A stretch of 64,000 bases of DNA from Pseudomonadota bacterium (GCA_023451735.1 JAEXYH010000071.1:135497-199496), one strand, 5' to 3'. Shown: positions 19,409 through 29,513, numbered from the stretch's first letter. Translations and numbers: made by a program. The notes: generated by a model from the letters alone, not told the origin.

Positions 19409-20391
19409 AGGCTGCTATCGGGCTCCTTTTGCTATTTTTCGTTGCTATCGCGCTGACACTGGTTGTGGGTGTTCGCGATGCCGGGATTTCCGATATCTGG
19501 GACGCTCTTTTTGCCTTCAATGCCAACGACCCGACGCATGCCGTCATCCGGTCTGTTCGCGTACCACGCCTTGTCGCAGGCCTTGTTGCCGGCGCGGGCC
19601 TCGGGATGGCTGGCACCGTCATGCAGGCTGTGACGCGCAATCCGCTGGCCGATCCCGGCCTTCTCGGCGTCAATGCCGGGGCCGCCTTTGCCGTGGTTAT
19701 CGGTGCGCTTCTGACCGGTTATTCCGATAGCGGCATGATGGCCGCTCTAGCTTTTCCGGGAGCTGCGATTGCCTCAATCGCCGTCTTTCTTGTCGGCGGA
19801 GCCCGAAGCGGAGCAGGCAGTCCAGTCCGTTTGACGCTCGCGGGCATCGCAATCAATGCGCTGCTCCTTTCGCTGGTCTCGGCGGTCATTCTTTCACGCG
19901 CCGAGACGCTTGAGATCTTCCGCTTCTGGGTCACAGGCTCGCTCGCGCAGGCCAATACACGTCCGCTCGAGGCGATGTTTGTTGCGCTTGTTCTGGGAGC
20001 CGCAATCGCGGCGGTCATTGCCCCCCGTATCGAAGCCCTTGCTCTCGGTTCCTCGCTGGCGCGCGGTCTTGGAACCAAACCCGGTGCGGTACAGGTTTCT
20101 GCGCTTGCTGCAATCATGCTGATGACCGGGGCTGCGGTCGCCGTGGCGGGGCCGATTGCGTTTGTCGGGCTGGTGGTTCCGCCTCTTGCCCGGCGTATCA
20201 GCCGGCATGTTTTGCGCCGGGAACTCCTGGTCTCGGCAATTCTCGGAGGGTCGATGATCCTGCTTGCCGATACTGCGGGCCGTCTGGTTGTGGCGCCTGC
20301 CGAAATCCGCGTTGGCATCATGACGGCACTGGTTGGTGCTCCGGTTTTCATCTTCGTCGTGCGCCGCCTGAGACCCGGAGCGCTGACATGA
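19405..20391 (+). CDS. FecCD-family iron chelate permease
   Basis: RVPR, MQAVTRNPLADPGLLGVNAGA and GPIAFVGL motifs. Confidence 0.92.
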   Translation: MKAAIGLLLLFFVAIALTLVVGVRDAGISDIWDALFAFNANDPTHAVIRSVRVPRLVAGLVAGAGLGMAGTVMQAVTRNPLADPGLLGVNAGAAFAVVIGALLTGYSDSGMMAALAFPGAAIASIAVFLVGGARSGAGSPVRLTLAGIAINALLLSLVSAVILSRAETLEIFRFWVTGSLAQANTRPLEAMFVALVLGAAIAAVIAPRIEALALGSSLARGLGTKPGAVQVSALAAIMLMTGAAVAVAGPIAFVGLVVPPLARRISRHVLRRELLVSAILGGSMILLADTAGRLVVAPAEIRVGIMTALVGAPVFIFVVRRLRPGALT

Positions 20392-21395
20392 GTGTTGCAG
20401 GTTCCGGGAGGAAGATTGCGAGAGGATGGGCGCTTCTGAGCGTCCTGCTTCTTGCTGCGGTTCTTCTTTCGCTGACGGTCGGGCAGATTATGGTCACGCC
20501 TGCCGAACTCCTGCGCGGACTGATGACCGGAACCGGGCCGGGATCACTGACCTTGCGGGTTCTGCGCGGTCCATCGACATTGACAGCCTTTGGGGCGGGG
20601 GCGGTTTTGGGGGCATCGGGAACGATCTTCCAGATACTTCTGCGCAATCCACTCGCAGCGCCGGATGTGATGGGTTTCATGTCCGGGGCAGGCTGTGCCG
20701 TGGTTGCCGGAGTTGCCTTTGGACTTCTCATTCCCTTGCCGATTCTTGCTGCAGTCGGCGGGCTTGTGGCTGCAGTTATGGTTGCAGGGCTGTCGTTTCA
20801 TCGCGGCGGTAAACAATCGCCGCTGACGCTGATCCTTGTCGGTATCGGCATAGGCTTCTTCGCCTCCGCCGTCAGCAGCTTCCTGGTGATCCGAATGCCG
20901 CCTCAGGAGGCGGCCGATGCCCAGCGCTGGCTCACCGGATCGCTCGCTGCGCGCAATTGGGGGCACGTCCTGCAGGTTTTCGGGCTGGGGGCGCTGCTCC
21001 TCGTCGTACTCGCCTTGCAGGTCCGGGCCATGGCGCTTCTCGAACTGGGCGACGAACTCGCGGCGGGTCTCGGTGCGCGTGTCGAGCGTGCTCGATACGG
21101 GCTGATCTGCACTGGGGTTCTTCTTGCAGCAGTCGGCGTGGCCGTTGCGGGGCCGGTTCCTTTCGTCGCCATGATGGCCGGGCCACTCGGCATGCGGATT
21201 GCCGGTGTCAAACATCCGGCTTCGCGCCTCACGGCCGCAGCCATCGCCGGAGCGACGATTACCGTTCTCGCGGAAGTCATCTCGCGCTCGGCAATCCCCG
21301 GCCTGCAATTGCCGGTCGGTGTCATGACCGGAATCATGGGGGCGCCATATCTGCTGTGGCTTCTCTGGAAAGAAGTGGAGGCAGGAGAAGTATGA
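20388..21395 (+). CDS. FecCD-family iron chelate permease (second subunit)
   Basis: FQILLRNPLAAPDVMG, WLTGSL and LPVGVMTG motifs. Confidence 0.92.
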   Translation: MSVAGSGRKIARGWALLSVLLLAAVLLSLTVGQIMVTPAELLRGLMTGTGPGSLTLRVLRGPSTLTAFGAGAVLGASGTIFQILLRNPLAAPDVMGFMSGAGCAVVAGVAFGLLIPLPILAAVGGLVAAVMVAGLSFHRGGKQSPLTLILVGIGIGFFASAVSSFLVIRMPPQEAADAQRWLTGSLAARNWGHVLQVFGLGALLLVVLALQVRAMALLELGDELAAGLGARVERARYGLICTGVLLAAVGVAVAGPVPFVAMMAGPLGMRIAGVKHPASRLTAAAIAGATITVLAEVISRSAIPGLQLPVGVMTGIMGAPYLLWLLWKEVEAGEV

Positions 21396-22171
21396 CCGAA
21401 ACCGGGCTGACCACCACATCACTCACGCTCGGCTACCGAGAGCGTGTGGTCATCCGCGGGCTTTCCATAGCCGTGCCGGATCAGCGCGTGACCTCGATCC
21501 TCGGGCCAAACGGCTGTGGCAAATCGACCTTTCTCAAAGCTCTGGCCCGGCTCATTGCACCGGCCTCTGGTCAGGTGCTTCTCTCCGGAGACGATATCGG
21601 CAAGATCGACACCCGTGTGCTGGCACGCCGCCTGTCCATCCTTCCGCAATCGCCGAAAGCGCCGGAAGGCATCACGGTCTCCGATCTCGTCAGGCGGGGG
21701 CGAACACCCTGGCGCGGGTTGCTTGCGCCATGGAGTGAAGAAGACGCCAGAGTATGCCAGCAGGCGCTTGAGCAGGTGGGGCTAAGCGACCTTGCCGATC
21801 GACCGATCGATGAACTGTCCGGCGGTCAGCGCCAGCGGGCATGGATTGCGCTCGTGCTGGCACAGAATACACCTTATCTGCTGCTCGATGAGCCGACGAC
21901 GTGGCTCGACCTCGCGCACCAGCTTGAAGTTCTTTCGCTGTTGCAACAACGTAATCGCGATCATGGAACGACGGTCGTCACCGTGCTTCACGACCTCAAT
22001 CTGGCCGTGCGGTTCTCCGATCATCTCATTCTGTTCGGCGGTAGCGGGCTGGTGGCTGCGGGTAAGCCGGAGAATGTCATTACCCCGGAAAATCTGCAGG
22101 TTGCCTTCGGCCTCAAGGCACTGGTCATGCCGGATCCATTAACCGGGCGACCGATGATCGTACCCTACTAA
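21392..22171 (+). CDS. Iron chelate ABC transporter ATP-binding protein
   Basis: [29 protein letters not shown] and VLHDLN motifs. Confidence 0.93.
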   Translation: MTETGLTTTSLTLGYRERVVIRGLSIAVPDQRVTSILGPNGCGKSTFLKALARLIAPASGQVLLSGDDIGKIDTRVLARRLSILPQSPKAPEGITVSDLVRRGRTPWRGLLAPWSEEDARVCQQALEQVGLSDLADRPIDELSGGQRQRAWIALVLAQNTPYLLLDEPTTWLDLAHQLEVLSLLQQRNRDHGTTVVTVLHDLNLAVRFSDHLILFGGSGLVAAGKPENVITPENLQVAFGLKALVMPDPLTGRPMIVPY

Positions 22172-22291
22172 TCCGTATTCCACTTCGTCATTCCGGATGA
22201 CTGCCGTATAGGCTTATATTTGTGATTTGAAGGAGGCGGAACCAAAGACGGTTTCGGGAATTCTGATACCGGATCGGAAGGGCTAGGCGGA

Positions 22292-22702
22292 ATGTTACCT
22301 GCATTTTTCTCAGGGGCGGTGGGGGCCGAGAAAGTACCTATACGGGTTCTCATCGCCGAGGATGAATTTCTCCTGCGCCTCGATGCCGCCGAGAGCATGC
22401 GGCGGCTTGGCTGGGAAGTGGTGGAAGTGTCCTCCGCCGATGAAGCCATGGAACTCCTCCGTTACCGCGTGACCTTCGATCTTCTTCTGACCGATACCGA
22501 TATGCCGGGGCAGGCGGATGGGCTGGATCTGGCGCGTTATGTGAGAACAACCCTTCCAGAAATGAAAATAGTGATCATGTCGGAAGAGCGTGGAGCGCAG
22601 GTTATCGATCCGGCATTGTGTGAACTCGTTCTGGCGAAGCCGGTCTGGAACGTTGGTGACATTCTGATCAAGTTGGTGGAGGCAAATCAAAATGCAGGCT
22701 GA
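22292..22702 (+). CDS. Single-domain response regulator receiver
   Basis: VLIAEDE, LLTDTDMPG..DGL and LAKP motifs. GTG at 22319 is an alternative start. Confidence 0.85.
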   Translation: MLPAFFSGAVGAEKVPIRVLIAEDEFLLRLDAAESMRRLGWEVVEVSSADEAMELLRYRVTFDLLLTDTDMPGQADGLDLARYVRTTLPEMKIVIMSEERGAQVIDPALCELVLAKPVWNVGDILIKLVEANQNAG

Positions 22703-23063
22703 CGATATTGAAACGATCCTGGTTGCCAGCAGCGATACTCTGCAGCGATCGATGATCGCGAAATATCTTCGCGAATGTGGTTACAGCGTCATCGAGGCGA
22801 CGGGTTTTGAAGACGCAAAAATCGCGATCGGACATTACGAGATCGATGTCGTCGTTTCCGATACCGAGATGCAAGATGGAACCGGCTTCGACCTCTCCAC
22901 TTACATCCGTTCGCAGCGCCAGCGGATCGAAATCATCCTGACACAATCCCTTGTGAAGACGGCGCAGATCGCGGGCGACCTCTGCGAGCAGGGGCCGCTC
23001 GATCAACCATATCATCCGCAGCGTCTGGTTGACGAAATCAAACGGTTGCGTGCGGTTCGTTGA
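22692..23063 (+). CDS. Atypical single-domain receiver protein
   Basis: YLRECGYSVIEA and VVSDTEM...GFDL, but the N-terminal acidic pair and the conserved Lys are missing. Confidence 0.75.
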   Translation: MQADDIETILVASSDTLQRSMIAKYLRECGYSVIEATGFEDAKIAIGHYEIDVVVSDTEMQDGTGFDLSTYIRSQRQRIEIILTQSLVKTAQIAGDLCEQGPLDQPYHPQRLVDEIKRLRAVR

Positions 23064-23110
23064 GGTTCTGCCGCCGTTTCGGCCACTAGGTGGTTAACGG
23101 CACTCGCTGG

Positions 23111-23575
23111 CTAGATCGTGCTCAGACCAGCTATTGCCCTCACGACATCCGCGCGGCTTACAATCCCCACGAGTCGTCCATCACGAAGCACCGGAAGTCG
23201 CTTTATGTCGCTCTCCGACATTATTTCGGCGAGTTCACCGAGTTCCATTTTCTCGTCAGTGGTCTTCACGGGCTTTGTCATCAGCAAAGCTGCGCGATGC
23301 TGGGCCACCCCGATCAGCATTTCGAACTGAGGCTCAAGGTCAGTGCCTTGCGCGAGAGCCGAAATCCACCAGTCTCGGCGTTGAGCAATGGTCTTGCCAA
23401 AGGGGCGGAGCAAATCCCGCTCGCTGATGATGCCGACGACTTGCCCGGTTTCATCGCAGACGGGAACCGAACTGACGGAGTTTTTTACCAGAAGCTCCGC
23501 AATCTCTCTCAACGTTGCGTCTGGTGAAACAGTGACCACGTCACGTGTCATGATATCCTTGACCCGAACACCCAT
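23111..23575 (-). CDS. CBS domain pair protein
   Basis: VKDIMTRDVVTV, VGIISERDLL and IKRLPVLRDGRLVGIVSRADV motifs. Confidence 0.9.
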   Translation of the reverse strand: MGVRVKDIMTRDVVTVSPDATLREIAELLVKNSVSSVPVCDETGQVVGIISERDLLRPFGKTIAQRRDWWISALAQGTDLEPQFEMLIGVAQHRAALLMTKPVKTTDEKMELGELAEIMSESDIKRLPVLRDGRLVGIVSRADVVRAIAGLSTI

Positions 23576-23796
23576 CTTTTCCTCCTGTCACTCGAGACCC
23601 TACCTCTTCAGCTCCCTTTCTAGCATGCACTTCCAACCGCTACGACGCGCACTTCGTCGCTCCGCGTGACGGAGCCGAGATATGACCGGATGCTTTCTAG
23701 ATCAGGTTTTGCAGGTCGAGCTTTGACGCGACTACACGAATGAGTTCTATGAATTTGCGAACATGAGGGTCTGTCCGTCGTTCGGGCAGCACATAG

Positions 23797-24288
23797 ATGC
23801 CAAGCAGCCAGCTCACCATCGAGGACACGATGCGGGCGCATGCGGTCTATGCGAATGGCGCCAGCCTGAACTACACGCTCTGCGTCTATAGCCCCCTGGG
23901 AGGGCCTGGGAATCAAGTTCCACGGCACAAAGGGGAACTCTCTCATCCGCATGTGGAAGTCCATGGCGTATTCAGCGGCAGGCAGGACAAATCACACGGG
24001 TCCGGGTCGATGACGACGACCCTGCATCTTGCAGGCGAAGCCCCTAGGAAGCTCGAAGTATGGGCGGGAGAGGGCGATCATGGCGGTGCGGACCCGGTGA
24101 TGCTTGCCGATCTGTTCGATCCGTCGACCGCTGCCGACCGTTATGGTCGGGGTTCGAGCCATATCGACGGCGCGTGGTCGATTTTGACGGCGATCGCTGC
24201 CAATGCGTCGATCGAGAGGGGCGAGGTGGTCCATATCGACCGTTTCCTTACGGATCGTGGCATCCACCTGCCACAGAAGAAATGCTAG
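23797..24288 (+). pseudogene. C-terminal fragment of a Gfo/Idh/MocA-family oxidoreductase
   Basis: TIEDTM...YANGASLNY.L..YSP and GDHGGADPVML motifs. The conserved WEG...FHGTKG segment is in another frame and the N-terminal Rossmann domain is absent. Confidence 0.75.
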
Positions 24289-24467
24289 GTTAGCCGAAAT
24301 GGCGGCCCTTCAGGTCGTTATTAGAGGTAGGTCAGACTGCCTCTCGATTGTATCGCGGGGCTTTCCCAAAAGATGCGGCACCCGCAGACGTTATGGCTTC
24401 GTTGTTTGGCGATTGATGAATCGGACAGGCGCGCTTAAACCGGAGTCACCACAACCGGGGAACAAAC

Positions 24468-25289
24468 ATGACTGACAGCAAGTATTTCAGCGCAGTGGGC
24501 GGGTTGCCGCCGCAGACGCAGCTGCTCTCCAGCAAGGCCGTTTTCACCACAGCCTACGCGGTTATCCCCGGTACCGTGATGAGCGACATCGTCACCAGTG
24601 TTCTACCGCACTGGGAAAAAGCAAGGGCATGGATCATCAGTCGCCCGCTGTCCGGCTTCGCTGAAACGTTCTCGCAATATATCGTCGAGGTTCAGCCGGG
24701 TGGCGGTAGCAGCCGACCGGAGCCGGATATCCGCGCCTCGGCGGCCATATTCGTGGTGACCGGTGATCTGACGGTCGAGCTGGAGGGAACCGAACATCAT
24801 TTGCGGGAAGGATCGTTCGCCTATCTTCCCGCCGGTTCGAAATGGACGTTGCGTGGTGAAGGCGAAAAAGCCTGCCGCTTCCATTGGGTGCGCAAGGCCT
24901 TCAAGGTCGTCGACGGGCTTGAAGCCCCGCCGCCGATATTCACACATGAGGACCAATGCGTTCTCGACCCTATGCCGGATACCGAGGGGCGCTGGGCGAC
25001 GACGCGCTTCATCGATCCTACCGACATTCGCTACGACATGCACCTGAACATCGTCACGTTCGAACCCGGTGCGGTTATTCCATTCATGGAGACCCATATC
25101 ATGGAACACGGTCTCTACGTCCTCGAAGGCAAAGCGGTTTACCGCCTCAATCAGGATTGGGTGGAGGTCGAAGCCGGAGATTATATGTGGCTCAGGGCCT
25201 TCTGCCCGCAGGCTTGCTACGCCGGTGGCCCGGGCCGCTTCCGTTACCTTCTTTACAAGGACGTCAATCGTCATGCCGATCTCTGGTAA
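24468..25289 (+). CDS. (S)-ureidoglycine aminohydrolase-like cupin (AllE/YlbA family)
   Basis: GFAETFSQY, ETHIMEHGLYVLEGKAVY, FCPQACYAGG and YLLYKDVNRH motifs. Confidence 0.9.
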   Translation: MTDSKYFSAVGGLPPQTQLLSSKAVFTTAYAVIPGTVMSDIVTSVLPHWEKARAWIISRPLSGFAETFSQYIVEVQPGGGSSRPEPDIRASAAIFVVTGDLTVELEGTEHHLREGSFAYLPAGSKWTLRGEGEKACRFHWVRKAFKVVDGLEAPPPIFTHEDQCVLDPMPDTEGRWATTRFIDPTDIRYDMHLNIVTFEPGAVIPFMETHIMEHGLYVLEGKAVYRLNQDWVEVEAGDYMWLRAFCPQACYAGGPGRFRYLLYKDVNRHADLW

Positions 25290-25375
25290 CGGGGAGCGGC
25301 ATGGTGTGAATTAGGGCGCCGGTGATAAACTTGTTGACGCCAAACCTCCCACTTGTAGTATCTATTCGGCCGCCA

Positions 25376-25385
25376 TGTATGACAA
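25376..25385. promoter_or_regulatory. Putative GntR/FadR-family operator upstream of udh
   Basis: TGTATGACAA downstream of TTGACG-N16-TAGTAT. Its exact reverse complement lies upstream of kduI. Confidence 0.55.
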
Positions 25386-25426
25386 CGCTGGCGCGGTGCT
25401 GGTAATGCCTGTCCTGGGGAGGATGT

Positions 25427-26227
25427 ATGCTGAAGAAATTGTTGCTGACGGGCGCCGCAGGCGGCGTCGGTCAGAACATCCGTCCGCTGCTGTCGCAGTT
25501 GGCGGAGAAGGTTGTGCTGTCAGACCTCGGTCACGTCTCGGATCTCGGGCCTAAAGAAACCTTCGTCAGATGCAATCTAGCCGATGCCCAAGGGGTTTTG
25601 AGGCTTCTGGAAGGGGTTGACGGGATTATCCATCTCGGCGGAGTGTCTGTCGAGCGGTCTTTCGATGTTGTTCTTCAGGGCAATATTGTCGGTCTCTACA
25701 ATCTCTATGAAGCGGCACGGCATCAGGGCAAGCCGCGTATCGTGTTCGCCAGTTCGAACCATGTTGTCGGCTATTACCGCCAAGACCAAAAAATCGACAA
25801 TACCGTCTATCCCCGGCCGGATTCACTCTATGGCGTCTCCAAGGTTTTCGGTGAGGCCGTCGCAAGCATGTATTATGACAAGTTCGGGCAGGAAACCCTT
25901 ACGCTTCGCATCGGTTCCTGCTTCGAAAGACCGCTTAACCCCCGCATGTTGGCAACATGGCTAAGTTATCGCGATTTCGTCTCGCTGTGCGAAAGAGCAT
26001 TCCTGGCGCCCCGATTGGCCCACACTATCGTTTATGGCGCTTCCGCCAACGAGACGTCGTGGTGGGATAATAGCAACGCGGATTTTCTTGGCTGGCAGCC
26101 GCAGGACAGCTCCGACAAATGGCGTGCCGAAGTCGAGGCAGCGACCGGTGTGCAAGATCCGAATGATCCCATGGTTATTTATCAAGGCGGAGCCTTTGCG
26201 GGCGCTGGCCATCCGGACGACAGCTGA
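25427..26227 (+). CDS. udh: Uronate dehydrogenase (NAD-dependent epimerase/dehydratase fold)
   Basis: LLTGAAGGVG, FASSNHVVG, RPDSLYGVSK, RIGSCF and YQGG motifs. Confidence 0.85.
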   Translation: MLKKLLLTGAAGGVGQNIRPLLSQLAEKVVLSDLGHVSDLGPKETFVRCNLADAQGVLRLLEGVDGIIHLGGVSVERSFDVVLQGNIVGLYNLYEAARHQGKPRIVFASSNHVVGYYRQDQKIDNTVYPRPDSLYGVSKVFGEAVASMYYDKFGQETLTLRIGSCFERPLNPRMLATWLSYRDFVSLCERAFLAPRLAHTIVYGASANETSWWDNSNADFLGWQPQDSSDKWRAEVEAATGVQDPNDPMVIYQGGAFAGAGHPDDS

Positions 26228-26307
26228 TAACATCATCTAAGGACGCCTCCATTCATCGTCACGGCCATATCAGTTTTTTGAAACAGGCCGCTTGGGAAGG
26301 AAGAAGC

Positions 26308-27741
26308 ATGACAATCCATCAGAACCTCATCGCTGGCGAATGGGTCGGCAGCAACGGCACGGAAAACGTCAATCCGTCCGATACCAATGACATTGTCGGA
26401 CTTTATGCGCAGGCGACGGCGGAGGACGTGCGCCACGCAATTGCCGCCGCAAAGGCTGCTTTTCCCGCCTGGTCCCGATCCGGAATTCTTGATCGTCATG
26501 CGATCCTGAAAAAGACTGCCGACGAAATCCTGGCACGCAAGCAGGAGCTTGGTACGCTTCTCTCCCGCGAGGAAGGCAAGACGCTCGCAGAGGGCATTGG
26601 TGAAGTCACGCGTGCGGCACAGATCTTCGACTTTTTTGCCGGAGAGACGCTCAGGCTGGCGGGCGAAGTGTTGCCATCGGCACGGCCCGGTATCGGCGTA
26701 GAGATCACGCGCGAACCGCTTGGCGTCATAGGCATCATTACGCCCTGGAACTTTCCGATCGCGATCCCTGCCTGGAAGATCGCCCCGGCGCTCTGCTACG
26801 GCAATACGGTGGTCTTCAAGCCGGCCGAGCTCGTGCCCGGCTGCTCCTGGGCGATCGTGGATATTCTCCACCGCGCAGGTCTTCCGAAAGGTGTGCTCAA
26901 CCTGGTGATGGGCCCGGGATCCGTCGTCGGGCAGACGATGCTCGATAGTCCGGATATCGCCGGCATTACATTCACGGGTTCTACGGGTACGGGCAAGCGT
27001 GTTGCCGCAGCCTCGATCGAGCATAACCGCAAGTTCCAGCTGGAAATGGGCGGCAAGAACCCGATGATTGTTCTCGACGATGCCGATCTGGGCGTCGCCG
27101 TCGAGGCGGCAGCAAATTCCGGCTTCTTCTCCACCGGTCAGCGCTGCACGGCATCATCACGACTGATCGTCACCGAAGGCATCCACGACAAGTTCGTCGA
27201 TGCCCTGGCCGAGCGCATGAAGAGCATTCAGGTAGGGCATGCGCTCAGACCCGAGACCCATGTCGGCCCGGTCGTCGATGTGCGCCAGCTTAAGCAGGAC
27301 ACCGACTATATCGAGATCGGCGTCAAGGAAGGCGCAAAACTCGCGTTCGGCGGGGAGCGTCTCGAGCGGGATACGCCCGGCTTTTATCTCCAGCCGACGC
27401 TGTTCACCGAAGCGACCAATGAGATGCGCATCAGCCGTGAGGAAATCTTCGGCCCGGTCGTCAGCGTCATCCGCGTCAAGGATTATGACGAGGCGTTGAC
27501 CATGGCCAACGATACACCTTTTGGCCTTTCAGCTGGCATCGCAACAACAAGCTTGAAACATGCGACGCATTTCAAGCGTAACTCGGAAGCCGGTATGGTG
27601 ATGGTTAACCTGCCGACGGCAGGTGTCGATTTCCACGTGCCCTTCGGCGGGCGCAAGGCATCCTCCTTCGGTCCGCGTGAGCAGGGCAAATATGCGGCCG
27701 AGTTTTTTACAGTGGTGAAAACGGCCTATACGCTGGCCTGA
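26308..27741 (+). CDS. Aldehyde dehydrogenase, probably alpha-ketoglutaric semialdehyde dehydrogenase
   Basis: ITPWNFP, FTGS, LEMGGKN, GQRCTA and EEIFGP motifs. Lies directly after udh. Confidence 0.85.
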   Translation: MTIHQNLIAGEWVGSNGTENVNPSDTNDIVGLYAQATAEDVRHAIAAAKAAFPAWSRSGILDRHAILKKTADEILARKQELGTLLSREEGKTLAEGIGEVTRAAQIFDFFAGETLRLAGEVLPSARPGIGVEITREPLGVIGIITPWNFPIAIPAWKIAPALCYGNTVVFKPAELVPGCSWAIVDILHRAGLPKGVLNLVMGPGSVVGQTMLDSPDIAGITFTGSTGTGKRVAAASIEHNRKFQLEMGGKNPMIVLDDADLGVAVEAAANSGFFSTGQRCTASSRLIVTEGIHDKFVDALAERMKSIQVGHALRPETHVGPVVDVRQLKQDTDYIEIGVKEGAKLAFGGERLERDTPGFYLQPTLFTEATNEMRISREEIFGPVVSVIRVKDYDEALTMANDTPFGLSAGIATTSLKHATHFKRNSEAGMVMVNLPTAGVDFHVPFGGRKASSFGPREQGKYAAEFFTVVKTAYTLA

Positions 27742-27881
27742 TCCTGACAGCTGCCGGTGCTGTTAGCGCAACGTAAAAGACCTGTGATCCATCCGTCTGC
27801 AGAATGACTTCTGTAGACGGATGGGTTTAGTGCGTTATCTCTGTCTGCGCAAAACGATTTCAGACGCGGGATGGGATATTC

Positions 27882-28937
27882 GTGGTTCAACGTGTCAGTT
27901 TTTATATTCTGCTGGTTCTCGTCACTCTGGCATTCATCGCGGTCCTTATCCCGTTTTACTCCGCGGTTTTCTGGGCAGTAGTCTTCGCCATCATCTTCTT
28001 CCCCCTCTATGCAAGACTGGAAGCGGCGCTCGGCGGGCGGCGCAATGTAGCTGCCGTTCTCTCGGTGCTGATCTGCCTCTGCCTCGTAATCTTGCCGGGG
28101 CTGGCTATTCTCGCCTCGCTCATCCAGGAAGGGACGGGCCTTTACCAGAGAATTTCAAGCGGGCAGATCGACCTCAACCGGATGCTCAACGAGGTGGTAA
28201 CCGCGTTACCCGCCTTCATGCAGGATTGGCTGCAGAATATCGAAAACGGAGGTTTTGCCGCCTTGCGGGATCGCTTCTCGTCTTCCCTCATGCAAGGTGG
28301 AAGCTTTTTTGCCGGACGTGCCTTGAACTTCGGCCAGAGCACCGCCGAATTTTTCATAGCCTTCGGCCTGATGCTCTATCTGCTGTTCTTCCTCTTTCGC
28401 GACGGGCGTTCGCTTGCGGCAACGATCCGCAGTGCGGCACCGCTAAGCGACGCGCATACGACGCAGTTCATGGCGAAGTTCGCTTCGGTCGTGCGGGCCA
28501 CGGTAAGGGGCAATATCATCATCGCGATCATTCAGGGCGCCATCGGTGGCATCACCTTCTGGTTCCTGGGTGTTCAGCCAGCGCTTCTCTGGGGCGTTCT
28601 GATGGTCATCCTGTCGCTGGTGCCCGCAGTCGGTGCGGCTCTTGTCTGGGTGCCTACAGCGGTTTATCTCGCTGTGAGCGGGGAAGTCCTGAAGGCAGCT
28701 GTTATCGCTGCGGTCGGCGTATTTGTGATCGGTCTTGTCGACAATATCCTTCGACCACCGCTGGTTGGAAAGGAAACGAGACTTCCGGATTATGTGGTGC
28801 TGATTTCGACGGTCGGCGGAATTTCGCTCCTCGGGGTCAACGGGTTTGTTATCGGCCCCTTGATTGCGGCACTATTCATTGCCGCATGGTCGCTCTTCGA
28901 AAAAGAGAGGATAGACGGTGGCGGTAGTCTCGGCTGA
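27882..28937 (+). CDS. AI-2E family transporter
   Basis: Multi-TM protein with LFFLFRDG, DNILRP.LVG and GFVIGPLI motifs. Confidence 0.9.
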   Translation: MVQRVSFYILLVLVTLAFIAVLIPFYSAVFWAVVFAIIFFPLYARLEAALGGRRNVAAVLSVLICLCLVILPGLAILASLIQEGTGLYQRISSGQIDLNRMLNEVVTALPAFMQDWLQNIENGGFAALRDRFSSSLMQGGSFFAGRALNFGQSTAEFFIAFGLMLYLLFFLFRDGRSLAATIRSAAPLSDAHTTQFMAKFASVVRATVRGNIIIAIIQGAIGGITFWFLGVQPALLWGVLMVILSLVPAVGAALVWVPTAVYLAVSGEVLKAAVIAAVGVFVIGLVDNILRPPLVGKETRLPDYVVLISTVGGISLLGVNGFVIGPLIAALFIAAWSLFEKERIDGGGSLG

Positions 28938-29063
28938 AAACCAATCTGGTCAAATATGGTCGGACTATGGTCTAATCCGGGCATTCGCAAAGGTCCCATG
29001 ACGGAACTATGGTTAGGCTGAGATGTTGCATCATAGTAGGATGCAACGACTGACTCTTGTCCG

Positions 29064-29513
29064 ATGGAGATCGCCATTCACTCCCGCCGACAGATCATTT
29101 CCGGCCTGATGCTGGCCCTTTTTTCAGGGCTGGTCCCGCTTGGCGCCAATTCTGCAATAGCACGCAATGGCGGACGGGGTGGCGGATCGGGGGGCCGCGG
29201 CAGCGACGGTGGTGGCAATCGTGGCAACTCTGGGAGAGACGGCGGGTCCGGCGGCGGTCAGGGGAACCGCGGCTCCAACAATAGTGGCCGCAATTCGAAT
29301 TCTTCAGCTGAAACGAGGACAAATCAAGGCGGGCGGCAGAGGGATACCGTCAGCATCGATAAAGGCAACATCAGTGTCAGACACGGCAGTGGCATCGCAG
29401 AGGAGGTCAATGACCGCGGCCGTTACGTAATGCGCGACCGGAGCGGCAGAACCATAGTCAACAGAGCTGCGAGAAAGTCTGATCTGGAGAGATTGCGTTC
29501 ATTGATCAAATGA
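29064..29513 (+). CDS. Secreted Gly/Ser/Asn-rich hypothetical protein
   Basis: SRRQII signal-like N-terminus, low-complexity linker and short C-terminal domain (GRYVMRDRSGRTIVNR). Confidence 0.65.
   Translation: MEIAIHSRRQIISGLMLALFSGLVPLGANSAIARNGGRGGGSGGRGSDGGGNRGNSGRDGGSGGGQGNRGSNNSGRNSNSSAETRTNQGGRQRDTVSIDKGNISVRHGSGIAEEVNDRGRYVMRDRSGRTIVNRAARKSDLERLRSLIK

Noticed and set aside
29165..29300. GGC-rich repetitive stretch
   Set aside because: Explained by a Gly-rich low-complexity coding linker. It is not a tandem repeat array or CRISPR.
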